From an uncultured Aliarcobacter sp. (GTDB lineage Bacteria; Campylobacterota; Campylobacteria; Campylobacterales; Arcobacteraceae), in NCBI GenBank assembly GCA_963664305.2, contig CAXXLV010000002.1:1696001-1760000 (forward strand): a stretch of DNA of 64,000 nt, in the 5' to 3' direction. Of the stretch, positions 1-10,907 are shown in pieces. Made by a program: the position numbers and the translations under genes. Below the pieces are notes generated by a model. The model made no database searches and was not told the origin of the DNA. It worked only from the letters and a program-made list of their open reading frames with translations. Numbering within the stretch: position 1 is the stretch's first letter; every line of letters starts with the position of its first letter.

Positions 1-31
1 ATTTTTTTCCGTATTTTCTTCTTTCAGCCAT
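1..31 (-). CDS. rpsR: 30S ribosomal protein S18, 5' end only (runs off the window)
   Basis: Reverse strand reads ATG GCT GAA AGA AGA AAA TAC GGA AAA AAA (MAERRKYGKK); canonical rpsF-ssb-rpsR order. Confidence 0.85.
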   Translation of the reverse strand, partial: MAERRKYGKK

Positions 32-45
32 TTGATTTTCCTTTT

Positions 46-555
46 CTAAAACGGTATTTCGTCTTCGTCTATATCAATTTCAGGTATTCTTTGCTCAATC
101 TTTGGTTTAGCAGATTGACCCATACCACCATAGCTATCGTAAGAAGGCTCATCATATTGAACATTAGCTGGTTGATTATAACTTCCTTGCGGACTATAAC
201 CTTGGTTATCCCCAGCCATTTCAGGAGCACCTTTTGAATCTAACATTTTCATCGCATCAACTCTTAAAGAGTGTCTACTTCTTGTTGATCCATCTTGTGC
301 AGTCCATTGCTCAAAAACAAGTCTTCCTTCTAATAAAACTTTAGAACCTTTTTTTAAGTATTGATTAGCAACTTCGGCAGATCTTCCAAAAATATTAAAA
401 TCTAAAAAACAAACCTCATCTTTTTGTTCTCCAGTTGAAGATTTGTATTTATAAGATGTTGCGATTGCAGATTTAGCAATTGCAGAACCTGAAGGCAAAT
501 ATCTTAATTCAATATCTCTTGTTAAATTTCCTACCATTATTACTTTATTATACAT
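46..555 (-). CDS. ssb: Single-stranded DNA-binding protein
   Basis: MYNKVIMVGNLTRD OB-fold start, acidic C-terminal DEDEIPF tail. Confidence 0.98.
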   Translation of the reverse strand: MYNKVIMVGNLTRDIELRYLPSGSAIAKSAIATSYKYKSSTGEQKDEVCFLDFNIFGRSAEVANQYLKKGSKVLLEGRLVFEQWTAQDGSTRSRHSLRVDAMKMLDSKGAPEMAGDNQGYSPQGSYNQPANVQYDEPSYDSYGGMGQSAKPKIEQRIPEIDIDEDEIPF

Positions 556-574
556 ATAAGGTTCCTAATTATAT

Positions 575-931
575 TTATTTAGCAGCTTTTTTAGCAGCCT
601 CATCACTCATTTTTGTCCAAGAAACAATTTCTTTTTTGCTCTCATATTTAATGAAGATAAATCTAATAACATTTTCGTTATTTCTATAATTTCTTTCAAT
701 TTCTGCAATTCCAGATGGATTACCTTTGAAGTAAATTACATAGTAATAACCTCTTTTACATTTTTCGATTTCGTAAGCTAATTCTCTGATTCCTACGTTC
801 TCAACTGCTGCAATTTCTGCACCATTTTTTTCAAGAATTGCTTTAATTCCATCAATTTGCGCTACAGTTTCTTCTTCAGTTAATGTAGGCTTTAAGATAA
901 ACATTGTTTCATAATGTTTGATTTTTGACAT
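575..931 (-). CDS. rpsF: 30S ribosomal protein S6
   Basis: HYETMFILKP and GIRELAYEI motifs; upstream of ssb. Confidence 0.97.
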   Translation of the reverse strand: MSKIKHYETMFILKPTLTEEETVAQIDGIKAILEKNGAEIAAVENVGIRELAYEIEKCKRGYYYVIYFKGNPSGIAEIERNYRNNENVIRFIFIKYESKKEIVSWTKMSDEAAKKAAK

Positions 932-937
932 TAATTC

Positions 938-987
938 TCCTTATAGATTGTGCCGGTATTCTTTACATTTCCTAATATCAGCAAGGA
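938..987 (-). promoter_or_regulatory. Putative S6:S18 ribosomal protein leader (autoregulatory RNA)
   Basis: In the mRNA, UCCUU can pair with the SD AAGGA and GCUGAUAUU can pair imperfectly with AAUACCGGC, which contains a CCG; located in the rpsF 5' UTR. Confidence 0.6.
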
Positions 988-1013
988 TTTCTTTTTTTGT
1001 AAAGTTTGTGATT

Positions 1014-1994
1014 TTATCTAAATAAAACTGTAAACTTTCTTAGAGCAGCCTGAAGATACAAATTTTGGTCATCAATTTTTGAAGATTTAAAATCTAGCTC
1101 TATATTTAAAAGATATTCTAAAATTTTCTGAAAAACTTCAGGTTTTATATTTATTGCAAGTTTAGATTTCTTTTCCCAAATATTTTTTGGAGGAATAAAA
1201 CCTAATATCTCTTTTGGATTTGGTTGACCTATTGTTCTTGCATATGAACTTATCATAAATAATTGTTGAACAAATGATGTTACTTGATTTAATAAAAAGA
1301 TTTCATTCATTCCTTCTTCTAAAATCAAAGCCAAATCATCACTAATATCTTTTCCACTTAACAAATCATGTAAAAAATCTTCAAAATTAACAGTTCCTAT
1401 ACCAAAACAATAAGTATCAATAACATTTATTGTAATAAGTTCATTTAATATTGATAACTTTTTTAAATCATTTACACTTAATGCTAAATCATTTTTATGC
1501 ATGAAATAAAGATGATTTAATGCACTTACTTCATATTGCATTTGAAGCATTTTTGCTTCATATTCCAAAAATTTTGTAGCTTCTAAATCTGTTGGTTGAA
1601 AAAATCTAACACAAACAGAATTAGTATTTAAAGAAAAACTACTCTCCATAGTTTTAAAATCACCATCTCCCATACATGCAATTATTAATGTACTATCAGG
1701 ATTTGTATTACAAGCTTCAATTAAAGAATCTAACTCTTTTTTAGGTATCTTCTTTTCTATTTTTATCAATAATATATTATTTGAGGAAAAAAGTGATGAC
1801 TGCAATAACTTATCTTTTGCATATTTAAAATCATAATCATCAAAATAGAGTTTTTCAATCTCATCATTTTGACCAAACATTTGTGCAATTGCTAAAGAAT
1901 ATTGCTCAATCAAAAAAGTTGATTGTCCATAAAACATATATGCTTTAAATTTTTTATTTTGTTTTAAATAATTATCAAATTCATTTTTATACAT
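1014..1994 (-). CDS. holA: DNA polymerase III delta subunit (likely start MYKNEF at 1994)
   Basis: MYKNEFD..YMFYG and QSSLF motifs typical of epsilonproteobacterial HolA; near rnr. Confidence 0.88.
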   Translation of the reverse strand: MYKNEFDNYLKQNKKFKAYMFYGQSTFLIEQYSLAIAQMFGQNDEIEKLYFDDYDFKYAKDKLLQSSLFSSNNILLIKIEKKIPKKELDSLIEACNTNPDSTLIIACMGDGDFKTMESSFSLNTNSVCVRFFQPTDLEATKFLEYEAKMLQMQYEVSALNHLYFMHKNDLALSVNDLKKLSILNELITINVIDTYCFGIGTVNFEDFLHDLLSGKDISDDLALILEEGMNEIFLLNQVTSFVQQLFMISSYARTIGQPNPKEILGFIPPKNIWEKKSKLAINIKPEVFQKILEYLLNIELDFKSSKIDDQNLYLQAALRKFTVLFR

Positions 1995-2056
1995 ATTAAA
2001 ATAATATCCTAAGTTTTCTTTCAATATAATTTTTTTATTTCACAAAGGGGTTTAAC

Positions 2057-2431
2057 ATGTATAGAATTGCTCTTCCTATTTTAGGTTTCGAAAATTTTGA
2101 AAATGTAAAAATTGAAAAAATTGACGATTTCTTTTCTTTTTTAGTTTTTGATGAAAAAACTAAAATTATGGTTGTGAATATTAATGTTTTAGATAAAGTT
2201 TCATTTGATTTTACAATTGATCAAAATACTTTAGATAAATTAAAAATAAAATCAAAAGATGATTTTTCTACATATTTTACAGTAGTTTCTCAAAATCCTA
2301 TTGAATTTTCAATTGTAAATCTTATTTCACCTATATTTATAAATGAAAAAGAAAAAATAGTTGGTCAATATATAATTACTGAAAAAGTTGAACCTTTCTT
2401 TGCTTCAATAGATAAGTGTTCTACACTATAG
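2057..2431 (+). CDS. fliW: Flagellar assembly factor FliW family
   Basis: PILGFE..KIEKIDDFF and SIVNLISPIFIN..GQ motifs; SD-like GGGG upstream. Confidence 0.8.
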   Translation: MYRIALPILGFENFENVKIEKIDDFFSFLVFDEKTKIMVVNINVLDKVSFDFTIDQNTLDKLKIKSKDDFSTYFTVVSQNPIEFSIVNLISPIFINEKEKIVGQYIITEKVEPFFASIDKCSTL

Positions 2432-4271
2432 TAGCAACAATTATCTTTGTAGCAATATCGGCAGATTTTATTTTCACTTTCATTTTTGAAAATAACTTCT
2501 GTCCTTTATAATTTTCTAAAATCACTTTCATTCCAATAATTTTTTCATAACAAACAGCTTTTGCTTTTTCTGTATCAACAACTTTTACTTTAATATCTTC
2601 ATCAATATGTGATAATGCCCATCTCGCATATTTTCTATCTTCAAAATCCCAAACTAACTGGTCTACTTTTCTTTCATTTAAAGAGATATGTTCACAAATA
2701 TCATCTATATTTTTTGGTGTTTGTTTTGTTTTTAGAATTCTATGTAACACTAAATCAGAATATCTTCTAATTGGACTTGTAAAATGAGAATATGAAGAAA
2801 AACCTAAACCAAAATGCCCTAAATTTTTTGAACTATATTTAGCTTGTGTTTGAGCTTGAATAATTAGTTCATCAATTTCTGCACTCATCATAGAAGTTTT
2901 TGCTTTTTCTTGAATATGTGTAATTGTTTCATGAACATCACTTTGAAGTTTTACATTAACACCTAAAATATTTACATCATCTACAAGTTTTGATATTGCT
3001 TTGAATGGTGGTTCTTCATGAATCCTATAAATTCCAACATTGTTTACTTTTTTACTTGCTTCTATATTTGCAAGTAACATACACTCTTCAACTAATTGAT
3101 GAGAGGCTGTTGAAGTTTCAACATCGATTGATTCTAAATTATCATTTTTCAATTTTAATCTATTTTCAGTAGTTCTAAAGTCATAACCCTTTTCAAGTCT
3201 TTTTTTTCTAAACTTTTTAGTGATTTTATATAGAGGAATCAAATAATCAAATATCTCTTTTTCAATTTTTGAATATTGGTCAAGATGTCCTTCTATAACC
3301 CTATCAATTCTTCCATAAGAAAAGTTTTTATGAGAATTTATAATTGCTTCAAAAAGTTCAGCTTTTTTCACACTAAAATTTTCTAAATCTAAATACATTT
3401 TAAAAACATAAGAATATCTATCAACTCCTTCTTTAAGTGAACACATCTCTTCACTTAAAATTGGAGGAAGCATTGGTAAAACTTTTGTAGGAAGATAAAT
3501 AGAAGTTGATTTTTTAAATGCTAAAATATCAAGTTCACTACCCTCTTTTACAAAATAAGAAACATCTGCAATTGCTACATACAAAATATTTTCTTTTTTA
3601 TCAAAATAAATTGCATCATCATGGTCTTTTGCACTATTTGGGTCAATTGTACAAAAAGGAAGTTCCCGTAAATCAACTCTCTCTTTTTTATCATCCATTA
3701 AAGCTTTTACATCTAAATGTTTTTCTAGTCTGTAAAGTTCTTCGTATAAATATAAAGAGATAAATTCATCTATTTTTGCATCTTCTAAATTTCCAACATT
3801 TTTGATCAAATCAAATAATTTATTATCAACTATTAAAACATCTAATTCTTTATATTTTAAAGCATTTTTATTATCAAGTCTAATATTCTCTTTTAATGTA
3901 AAAAAAGCCTTATCTTTTACATAAACTAAAAGTTCAGCTTTCTTACTTTCAAGTATTTTTACTATTTTTGCTTTTGTTTTACTTCTTGGATTAAAAACTC
4001 TTTTTGCAATTACTAAATCGCCATTGTAAGCGCCATTTAAATCTTCTAATTCTATTTTTATATTTTTCAATTCACTTACTAAATCTTCTAAAATTACAAA
4101 ATTTTTTCCGATATTTACAATTGCAATTTTATATTTTGAATTTAACTCAAAATTATCATTTTGATTTTTTATTATAATTTCATCTTTTAAAAACTTCTCT
4201 ATTTCTACTAACTCTTCAGTTGAATAATCTTTACATTCTGTTTGAATTTTTCTAAATAGTTCTTTTAGCAA
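2421..4271 (-). CDS. rnr: Ribonuclease R (RNB family)
   Basis: TIDPNSAKDHDDA and HFTSPIRRYSDL motifs. Confidence 0.95.
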   Translation of the reverse strand: MLKELFRKIQTECKDYSTEELVEIEKFLKDEIIIKNQNDNFELNSKYKIAIVNIGKNFVILEDLVSELKNIKIELEDLNGAYNGDLVIAKRVFNPRSKTKAKIVKILESKKAELLVYVKDKAFFTLKENIRLDNKNALKYKELDVLIVDNKLFDLIKNVGNLEDAKIDEFISLYLYEELYRLEKHLDVKALMDDKKERVDLRELPFCTIDPNSAKDHDDAIYFDKKENILYVAIADVSYFVKEGSELDILAFKKSTSIYLPTKVLPMLPPILSEEMCSLKEGVDRYSYVFKMYLDLENFSVKKAELFEAIINSHKNFSYGRIDRVIEGHLDQYSKIEKEIFDYLIPLYKITKKFRKKRLEKGYDFRTTENRLKLKNDNLESIDVETSTASHQLVEECMLLANIEASKKVNNVGIYRIHEEPPFKAISKLVDDVNILGVNVKLQSDVHETITHIQEKAKTSMMSAEIDELIIQAQTQAKYSSKNLGHFGLGFSSYSHFTSPIRRYSDLVLHRILKTKQTPKNIDDICEHISLNERKVDQLVWDFEDRKYARWALSHIDEDIKVKVVDTEKAKAVCYEKIIGMKVILENYKGQKLFSKMKVKIKSADIATKIIVATIV

Positions 4272-4390
4272 AATAAATCCTTTTTAAATAATCATATAAT
4301 AGTATCCAAACTATCTCTACACTTGCCTTTAATTTTCAAGTTATCTAATATTTAGATAGTTTTTTGTATAATCAGCGAAAATTTTTTTAA

Positions 4391-5428
<1,038 letters not shown>

Positions 5429-5432
5429 AAAC

Positions 5433-5461
5433 TTTTTAAGGAAGATTTTCTTCCTTAAAAA
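5433..5461. terminator. Stem-loop after ilvC
   Basis: Perfect inverted repeat TTTTTAAGGAAGA-TTT-TCTTCCTTAAAAA. Confidence 0.7.
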
Positions 5462-5476
5462 ACTATTCTTATACTT

Positions 5477-6667
5477 ATGAACCAGAAAAAACCTAAATCA
5501 AAAAAAAGACGAATAAAAGCAAGTTTACGTTCGCAAAAAAAATTAATAAAAATTTTTCTAATAATTTTATTTCTTACATCACTAATCTCTATTAGTAGCT
5601 ATTTTTTAATTGATAACAAAAAAACTGAACCACTAGAAAATAAACAAACAACACAAGTTAAAGAAGAAAAAAGTGTCAAAAATGAAACATTTGATGAAAA
5701 GAAACTTTTTGAAACTAAAAAACCAGAAGAATATTTTGATGAAATAATTCCAAAAAATGATACATATGATAAATTTGAAGAATATACACAAGCATTAGAA
5801 AAAGATTTTTTAGAAAAAGCTTTTGAAGAAGAACAACAAATAAATGAAAAAATTGTAAAAAAAATTGAAGAGATAAAAGAAGACAAGAAAAAAGAAAAAG
5901 CTAAAGAAGAAGAAAAAGCAAAATTAGATAAAAAAGATATTGAAAAACAAACACCAAAAATTGACGAGAAATCAATTATAACTAAAAAAGATACTTTTAT
6001 TTATGATAAAAAGAATAAACCAAAAATTGCAATAATTATTGATGATGTAAGTACAAGTGCAGAAAAAGAAAAAATATTAAATATTGGTTATCCAATATCT
6101 ATGGCATTTTTACCACCTACTTCTTCTCATAAAGATTCTGCAAAAATTGCACAAAATTTACCATTTCATATGATACATTTTCCTATGCAAGCATCTAGTG
6201 CTTTTAAAAGCCCAGAAGTTGATACACTAAAAGTTACTGATTCTTATGAAACTATTGAAAATAGAGTTAAACAATTAAGAGCTTGGTATCCAAATGCTAT
6301 TTATACAAACAATCATACAGGTTCTGTTTTCACAGAAAATGAAGAAGCTATGGACAAATTATTTAGAGCATTAAAAAAATATAATTTTATATTTGTTGAT
6401 AGTAGAACCAGTTCAAAATCTGTTGCAAAACAATTTGCTAGCAAATACAATATGCCTTATATTGTAAGAAATACTTTCATTGATAATGATAGAAATTTTG
6501 CTGCTATTCAAAACCAACTAAAAAAAGCTATTGAAGTAGCTAAAAAGCAAGGTTATTCTATAGCAATTGGTCATCCTCACGACATAACTTTAAAAGTGTT
6601 AAAAGAGTCAAAACATTTGCTTAAAGATGTTGAACCTATATTTGTAAATAAACTTCCTTATTTATAA
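5477..6667 (+). CDS. Divergent polysaccharide deacetylase family protein
   Basis: N-terminal TM helix, K/E-rich linker, IAIIIDD, HFPMQ, NNHTGS, FVDSRT, AIGHPH motifs. Confidence 0.9.
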   Translation: MNQKKPKSKKRRIKASLRSQKKLIKIFLIILFLTSLISISSYFLIDNKKTEPLENKQTTQVKEEKSVKNETFDEKKLFETKKPEEYFDEIIPKNDTYDKFEEYTQALEKDFLEKAFEEEQQINEKIVKKIEEIKEDKKKEKAKEEEKAKLDKKDIEKQTPKIDEKSIITKKDTFIYDKKNKPKIAIIIDDVSTSAEKEKILNIGYPISMAFLPPTSSHKDSAKIAQNLPFHMIHFPMQASSAFKSPEVDTLKVTDSYETIENRVKQLRAWYPNAIYTNNHTGSVFTENEEAMDKLFRALKKYNFIFVDSRTSSKSVAKQFASKYNMPYIVRNTFIDNDRNFAAIQNQLKKAIEVAKKQGYSIAIGHPHDITLKVLKESKHLLKDVEPIFVNKLPYL

Positions 6668-6709
6668 AAAAATAGTTATAATAATTTTATTTATTATAAC
6701 TAGGTTCAT

Positions 6710-7483
6710 ATGATTAAACAAATAGAATTTAAAATTGAAGAATTATCTTCAATGAAAAAATATCCCAATGAAATCTTTTATATAGGAAACTTAGAACTAT
6801 TAAAAAGAAAAAAAATCTCTATTATAGGCACAAGAAGACCTAATTCTTATACTAAAGAATTTACTTATAAATTAGCATCAAAACTATCTCAAAATAATAT
6901 ATGTATTGTTAGTGGAGCAGCTATGGGTGTTGATTCTCTTGCACACCAAGGAGCAAAATCAAATAATACAATAGCTGTTGTTGCAAACGGTTTAGATATT
7001 AGATATCCAAGTGTAAATAAAAATCTTATTGTTGATATAGAAAATAATGGCTTAATTCTTTCAACATACAAAGAAAAAGAGAAAGCAAAAAATTATACCT
7101 TTGTACAAAGAAATGAACTTGTTGTTGCATTAGGAGATGTTTTAGTAGTAACAGAAGCTGATTTAAATTCAGGAAGTTTAACTTCTATAGAATTTGCTTT
7201 GAAAATGAAAAAACAGATTTATACCTTTCCTCATAGATTAAATGAAAGTTTAGGAACACAAGAGTTAATAAAAAAGAATTTAATAAATGTAATTTATGAT
7301 ATAGATGAATTTGTCGAAAAATTTACAAATAAAAAAATAACAACTTTTGAAGATGAAGTTTTACTTTTTTGTAAAAGTAATCCAACTTATGAAAGTGCCA
7401 TTTTAAAATTTCCAAACGAAATCTTAGAGTATGAACTAGATGGAAAAATTAAAATCAATAATGGCAAGATATATTTGAACTAA
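6710..7483 (+). CDS. dprA: DNA-processing protein DprA
   Basis: IIGTR, VSGAAMGVD..AH, FVQRN, SGSL motifs. Confidence 0.95.
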   Translation: MIKQIEFKIEELSSMKKYPNEIFYIGNLELLKRKKISIIGTRRPNSYTKEFTYKLASKLSQNNICIVSGAAMGVDSLAHQGAKSNNTIAVVANGLDIRYPSVNKNLIVDIENNGLILSTYKEKEKAKNYTFVQRNELVVALGDVLVVTEADLNSGSLTSIEFALKMKKQIYTFPHRLNESLGTQELIKKNLINVIYDIDEFVEKFTNKKITTFEDEVLLFCKSNPTYESAILKFPNEILEYELDGKIKINNGKIYLN

Positions 7484-8661
7484 GATATATGTTTTGTTCC
7501 TGTTTTTAATAAAACTATATAACCTAAAAGTGCAGAAGCTAAAGAACCAAATAAAATTGCTAACTTATCAGTATAAAAAAATATATTTGAATCTTCAAAA
7601 GCTAGTGAATTTATAAATAAACTCATCGTAAACCCTATACCTGTTAAAATTGCAACTCCATAAAATTGTCTCCAATTTACACCAACTGGTAACTTTGTAA
7701 ATCCCAATTTCACAGATAAAAAAACAAATAAAAATACACCAACTTGTTTACCAATAAAAAGCCCAAAAAATATCCCTAAAAATACACTATTATCAATTTG
7801 CGCTAAGGAAATATTTCTTAAATCTATTCCAGCATTTACAAATGCAAATAGAGGCAAAATAAAAAAAGCAACCCAACTATGAATATAATGTTCCAAAGTT
7901 CTTACAGGAGAAATATGTTTTCTTTTTTCATTAATTAAGTTTAATGGTATTGTAAAAGCTAAAATTATTCCTGTTAATGTAGCATGAACACCTGTTTTTA
8001 AAACACATATCCATAATAATACTCCAACTAAAATATAAAGACTTAAATATGAAATTTTTAAACGATTAAAAAGTATCAAAATTACTATACATAATGTTGC
8101 TAAGATTAAAGAGTTTAATGACAACTCAGCAGTGTAAAAAAATGCAATTATTAATATCGCCCCTACGTCATCAAAAATAGCTAAAGCCATCAAAAAAATT
8201 TTAAGTGAAGTTGGAACTCTTTTTCCAAGTAAAGATAAAATTCCCAAAGCAAATGCAATATCTGTTGCAGTTGGTATTGCCCAACCACGAAGATTAAATT
8301 CATCATTTATATTAAAAAAGAAAAATATAAGTGCAGGTACAAACATACCACCTATTGCACCAATTAAAGGTAAAGTAATATTTGAAAAACTAGATAAATG
8401 TCCTAAAATCAACTCTCTTTTTATCTCTAAACCTATCATTAAAAAGAAAATTGCCATTAAACCATCATTTACCCAAAGTATTAAGGGTTTTGATATTTCA
8501 AGTAAATTTCCTACTTTAAACTCTATTTTTGTATGTAAGAAATCTGTATAAAAAGGAGATAGAAAACTATTACTAAACAATAAAGCTATTATGGTAACAA
8601 ATATTAAAATTATTCCAGAAGATGCTTCATTTTCTAAAAATTTTCCAACCAATGTTTTCAT
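7480..8661 (-). CDS. nhaA: Na+/H+ antiporter NhaA
   Basis: WVNDGLMAIFF, GWAIPTATDIAFA, AIFDD, GIGFTMSLFI motifs. Confidence 0.98.
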   Translation of the reverse strand: MKTLVGKFLENEASSGIILIFVTIIALLFSNSFLSPFYTDFLHTKIEFKVGNLLEISKPLILWVNDGLMAIFFLMIGLEIKRELILGHLSSFSNITLPLIGAIGGMFVPALIFFFFNINDEFNLRGWAIPTATDIAFALGILSLLGKRVPTSLKIFLMALAIFDDVGAILIIAFFYTAELSLNSLILATLCIVILILFNRLKISYLSLYILVGVLLWICVLKTGVHATLTGIILAFTIPLNLINEKRKHISPVRTLEHYIHSWVAFFILPLFAFVNAGIDLRNISLAQIDNSVFLGIFFGLFIGKQVGVFLFVFLSVKLGFTKLPVGVNWRQFYGVAILTGIGFTMSLFINSLAFEDSNIFFYTDKLAILFGSLASALLGYIVLLKTGTKHIS

Positions 8662-8712
8662 AAGAAACCTTTCTTATATATATTTTATTACTTTCAAGTT
8701 TAAGGAATTATT

Positions 8713-9024
8713 ATGGGTTACCAAAGTTTAAATTTTAATGGCAATGATATTTTAGCCTATATTGATGAACCAAATGATTATCAATTAAAAGAAAATGACA
8801 TAATTTTTGTTATGCCACTAAATCAATTTTTTCAAGTAACAAATGATAAGAAAGATACTAGAAAATTAAGAGATGAAGGATTTGAAAAAATTTATAATAC
8901 TCAATTAAGAAACTATGGTGTTTTAAAATTTAAGTCAGAATTTGAGGAAATTTATATTGAAAGGAAAAGCCACCTTCTTCTTTATAAAGTAAAAGAAGAA
9001 AATGGAAAATTTATAAAAATTTAG
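8713..9024 (+). CDS. Hypothetical protein
   Basis: 103-aa ORF with AAGGA SD filling the gap between nhaA and murC; no family recognised. Confidence 0.7.
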   Translation: MGYQSLNFNGNDILAYIDEPNDYQLKENDIIFVMPLNQFFQVTNDKKDTRKLRDEGFEKIYNTQLRNYGVLKFKSEFEEIYIERKSHLLLYKVKEENGKFIKI

Positions 9025-10325
9025 TGTCTTAATTGATAAGTTATATCTCCAGCTCCAACACCAAGGAATATTCCTGCATCATAACTTTTGATGATTTTTT
9101 CATCTTTTATAATATCAATTCTTCCTTTTGTTGTAGAGATTCTATCTGCAAAAATAGGATTATAAGAAGCAAACTCTTTTTCAAAATCTATATCGATTTT
9201 TTTCTCACCAGGAATTGTCCAAATTGGTAAAATAATTAATTCATCACATCTTCTAAAACATTTTTTAAAACCTTCTAGATTATCACTTGTTCTAGAATAT
9301 TTATGTGGTTGCCAAAGAACTATTCTTTTGTTTAGATTTGTAAGATTATCATATAACTCTATTGATTTCATAGTTGCTTCAATCTCTGTTGGATGATGAG
9401 CATAATCATCAATTACAACAAATTTTTCATTTGCTTGAACAATATCAAATCTCTTTTTAATCCCTTTATAGTTTAAAAGATTTTTTCTTATTGTTTCAAC
9501 ATCAAGCTCATTTAAAGCTGCAAGTATTGCTAAAGAAGCATTTGTAGCCATATGGAAACCAAATCCCCAAACTTCAAAAGTCCCTAAATCTTTTAAATCA
9601 AATTTAGTACAAGGTTGATTATCTTTTAGTGTATAACAAAGATTTTTAATATCTTTTGATGGATAAAGATAAGTTGCATCTTCTATTTTTAATTTTTGAA
9701 CATCTTTATCTTCACCATTTACAACTCTTTTTTTTGCAAGACTTAAAAATCTTTCATATGACTCATAAAACTTATCATAATCGTAGTGATAATATTCCAT
9801 ATGTTCTGGTTCAGCATTTGTAACTATTGCACAATAAGGACTTGAAAGTAAAAATGATGCATCAGATTCATCAGCTTCAAAAGCAACTAAACCATCAACA
9901 TATCTAAAGTTTGAACCAAAATCTTTTGAAATTGCTCCAATTAGTGCTGTACTTTGTAGAATTGAAGCTAACATTGCTGTTGTTGTAGATTTTCCATGAG
10001 CTCCTGCAACACAATAGTTTTTCTTATCACCTAAAATAATAGGTAATGCTTCTTTTCTTGAAAGTGTTCTAATTTGTTTAAGTCTTGCTTCTATTAACTC
10101 TGGATTTTCATCTGTAACTGCTGCTGAATAGATAACTAAATCAATATCGTCTTTTATATTTGATGCATCTTGAGGACAAGAAACTTTAATTCCTTCCTCT
10201 TCTAAAGCTTTTGTAATTGGTGAACTTTTCATATCTGAACCACAAACTTCATGACCATCGAAGTTTAAAAATCTAGCTAAGGCAGAAAGACCTATTCCAC
10301 CAATTCCTATAAAATGTACTTTCAA
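9021..10325 (-). CDS. murC: UDP-N-acetylmuramate--L-alanine ligase
   Basis: HFIGIGGIGLS, GAHGKSTTT, EADESD, DDYAHHPTE motifs. Confidence 0.98.
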   Translation of the reverse strand: MKVHFIGIGGIGLSALARFLNFDGHEVCGSDMKSSPITKALEEEGIKVSCPQDASNIKDDIDLVIYSAAVTDENPELIEARLKQIRTLSRKEALPIILGDKKNYCVAGAHGKSTTTAMLASILQSTALIGAISKDFGSNFRYVDGLVAFEADESDASFLLSSPYCAIVTNAEPEHMEYYHYDYDKFYESYERFLSLAKKRVVNGEDKDVQKLKIEDATYLYPSKDIKNLCYTLKDNQPCTKFDLKDLGTFEVWGFGFHMATNASLAILAALNELDVETIRKNLLNYKGIKKRFDIVQANEKFVVIDDYAHHPTEIEATMKSIELYDNLTNLNKRIVLWQPHKYSRTSDNLEGFKKCFRRCDELIILPIWTIPGEKKIDIDFEKEFASYNPIFADRISTTKGRIDIIKDEKIIKSYDAGIFLGVGAGDITYQLRH

Positions 10326-10907
10326 TTAATTTCCTAATAAATGTTTTAAATTTTTATACTCTTGTTCTAAAATATTTTTATTTTCATTTAAAAATTCTTC
10401 ATTATCAAATCTGAATTTTATTATGAAATATCCATATTTTTCATCATCAACATCTGCTTCTAAATCAACTTTTGTATCATAAAAATCATCTAATTGAATA
10501 TCTGATGCTAAAAAAACTATCAAAATATTTAAAGCTTTTTCAAGAGTTTCATCTTCAATAATATTTGCTATTACAAAAAACAACTCTTTTGCACCTTTAA
10601 AATTTTCATTTGACCACTTCTCAATTGCATGCTCATATAAAGCTCTTACATAAAGAAGATTGTCTCCTTCAAGTTTCAATTTTTCATGTTTTGTTAAAAT
10701 TTTCTCAACATTTGAAAAAGATGTTTTTAAAATTTGTTCATAAAGTTTATTTATATCTTCTTCATCAAGCCCAAGAACTAACATAGAATCTAACGTTTCA
10801 TACATTAGTCCTATATCTTCAGCTTTCATTGAATTAACTCTTGTTTCTTCTAAATATTTTAAGAAATCAGGATTTGTTCTTGCTTCAAATAACGCGTCTT
10901 TATCCAT
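10326..10907 (-). CDS. Hypothetical protein
   Basis: 193-aa ORF tightly packed between dapC and murC. Confidence 0.8.
   Translation of the reverse strand: MDKDALFEARTNPDFLKYLEETRVNSMKAEDIGLMYETLDSMLVLGLDEEDINKLYEQILKTSFSNVEKILTKHEKLKLEGDNLLYVRALYEHAIEKWSNENFKGAKELFFVIANIIEDETLEKALNILIVFLASDIQLDDFYDTKVDLEADVDDEKYGYFIIKFRFDNEEFLNENKNILEQEYKNLKHLLGN

Noticed and set aside
5600..6000. A-rich repetitive-looking tract
   Set aside because: Explained by the K/E-rich linker of the polysaccharide deacetylase-family protein; no true tandem unit
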